Position numbers and translations under genes: made by a program. From positions 7,998,001 through 8,062,000 of the forward strand of contig CM060732.1 of assembly GCA_030704615.1 (NCBI GenBank): a stretch of 64,000 nucleotides of DNA, in the 5' to 3' direction. Each line of letters begins with the position of its first letter. The stretch's first letter is position 1. Below the pieces are notes generated by a model, which saw nothing but the letters and a program-made list of their open reading frames with translations, was not told the origin of the DNA and searched no databases. The stretch comes from Takakia lepidozioides (Eukaryota; Plantae; Bryophyta). Of the stretch, positions 63,401 through 64,000 are shown piece after piece.

Positions 63401-63912
63401 TACAGGTCTGGCTCCTACGATCGCCGGGAGAGGAGGAGAGAGGTAGGCAAAATTATCTGCAAACTACGAGCGTGGGCTTACCAAATTTGTATCTCGCGCA
63501 CAGTCCCCACTTCACTTCACTTCAAAGAGGACTGCGTTCAGAGTAAGCATGGAATGATTGATCGTTGCTGCAAGACTTCCCCCGATACCGAACCAGTTCA
63601 CGGAAACTGACATTCCATATCCAACACTCATAGAATACCGGTCGCCCACAAGATAATTCTTTTCCTGCTGCCTTCTTTGTTCCCTTGTTTATCATCTCCT
63701 TCCCTGCCCTCCTCCTCTTCTCCTCCTCCCTCGCTGCTCAAACAACACAGTAGAACCCCTAACGGAAAGGAACCCACTAACGAGAGACTAATGAGGATTC
63801 CGTTAAGTCCTAAGTAAGGTAATTATGGACGTTAAACTCCCTTGATATTTTGCGGAGCACTGCAACGCAGCGAGGAGCGAAAGAAGAGAGAAAGAGAAGA
63901 GAAGCGAGGGAG

Positions 63913-64000
63913 ATGGCGGAAGGCACAGAGTTGGTGTCGGACGCGGATCCGCGGGCGGCCACGTTCTCTTTCACTGATGAAGATCACACTCTTGGCAACT
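63913..64000 (+). CDS. RNA polymerase I/III subunit AC19 (RPAC2, RPB11-like family), 5' end
   Basis: MAEGTELVSDADPRAATFSFTDEDHTLGN carries the EDHTLGN signature; the short N-terminus fits AC19 rather than RPB11; GA-rich leader upstream. Confidence 0.8.
   Translation, partial: MAEGTELVSDADPRAATFSFTDEDHTLGN

Overview
Eukaryotic, intron-containing DNA, most likely from a seed-free land plant (inferred from a PLS-DYW PPR gene, TTTAGGG repeats and the TE types present). Host genes: the 3' half of SMC2 (+, 1-6722), a 6-exon UIM + RING-H2 E3 ligase (-, 10196-13617), an intronless PLS-E-DYW RNA-editing PPR gene (+, 57334-60465) and the start of RNA polymerase I/III subunit AC19 (+, 63913-end). Between them is a ~42 kb nest of decayed transposons: CACTA pieces, a Pack-CACTA carrying PPR fragments, LINE fragments, and a PIF/Harbinger-like gene pair next to a SET-domain remnant. 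The main discovery is two related Ty3/Gypsy retrotransposons (16168-26737 on -, ~38170-51618 on +) with three unusual properties. (1) Each encodes a DNMT3-like C5 cytosine methyltransferase inside the polyprotein between protease and RT, and a PHD finger after the integrase. (2) The terminal repeats are permuted/split (X-internal-Y-X-Y in the complete copy): the visible element ends fall at an internal GACA|GC|TGTC palindrome, and an LTR-LTR circle-type junction is carried inside the element. (3) The complete copy has no tRNA primer-binding site; that position holds a 13-nt complement to a hairpin loop within the repeat. Both copies are pseudogenised. All coordinates were read by eye, and TE fragment boundaries are approximate.
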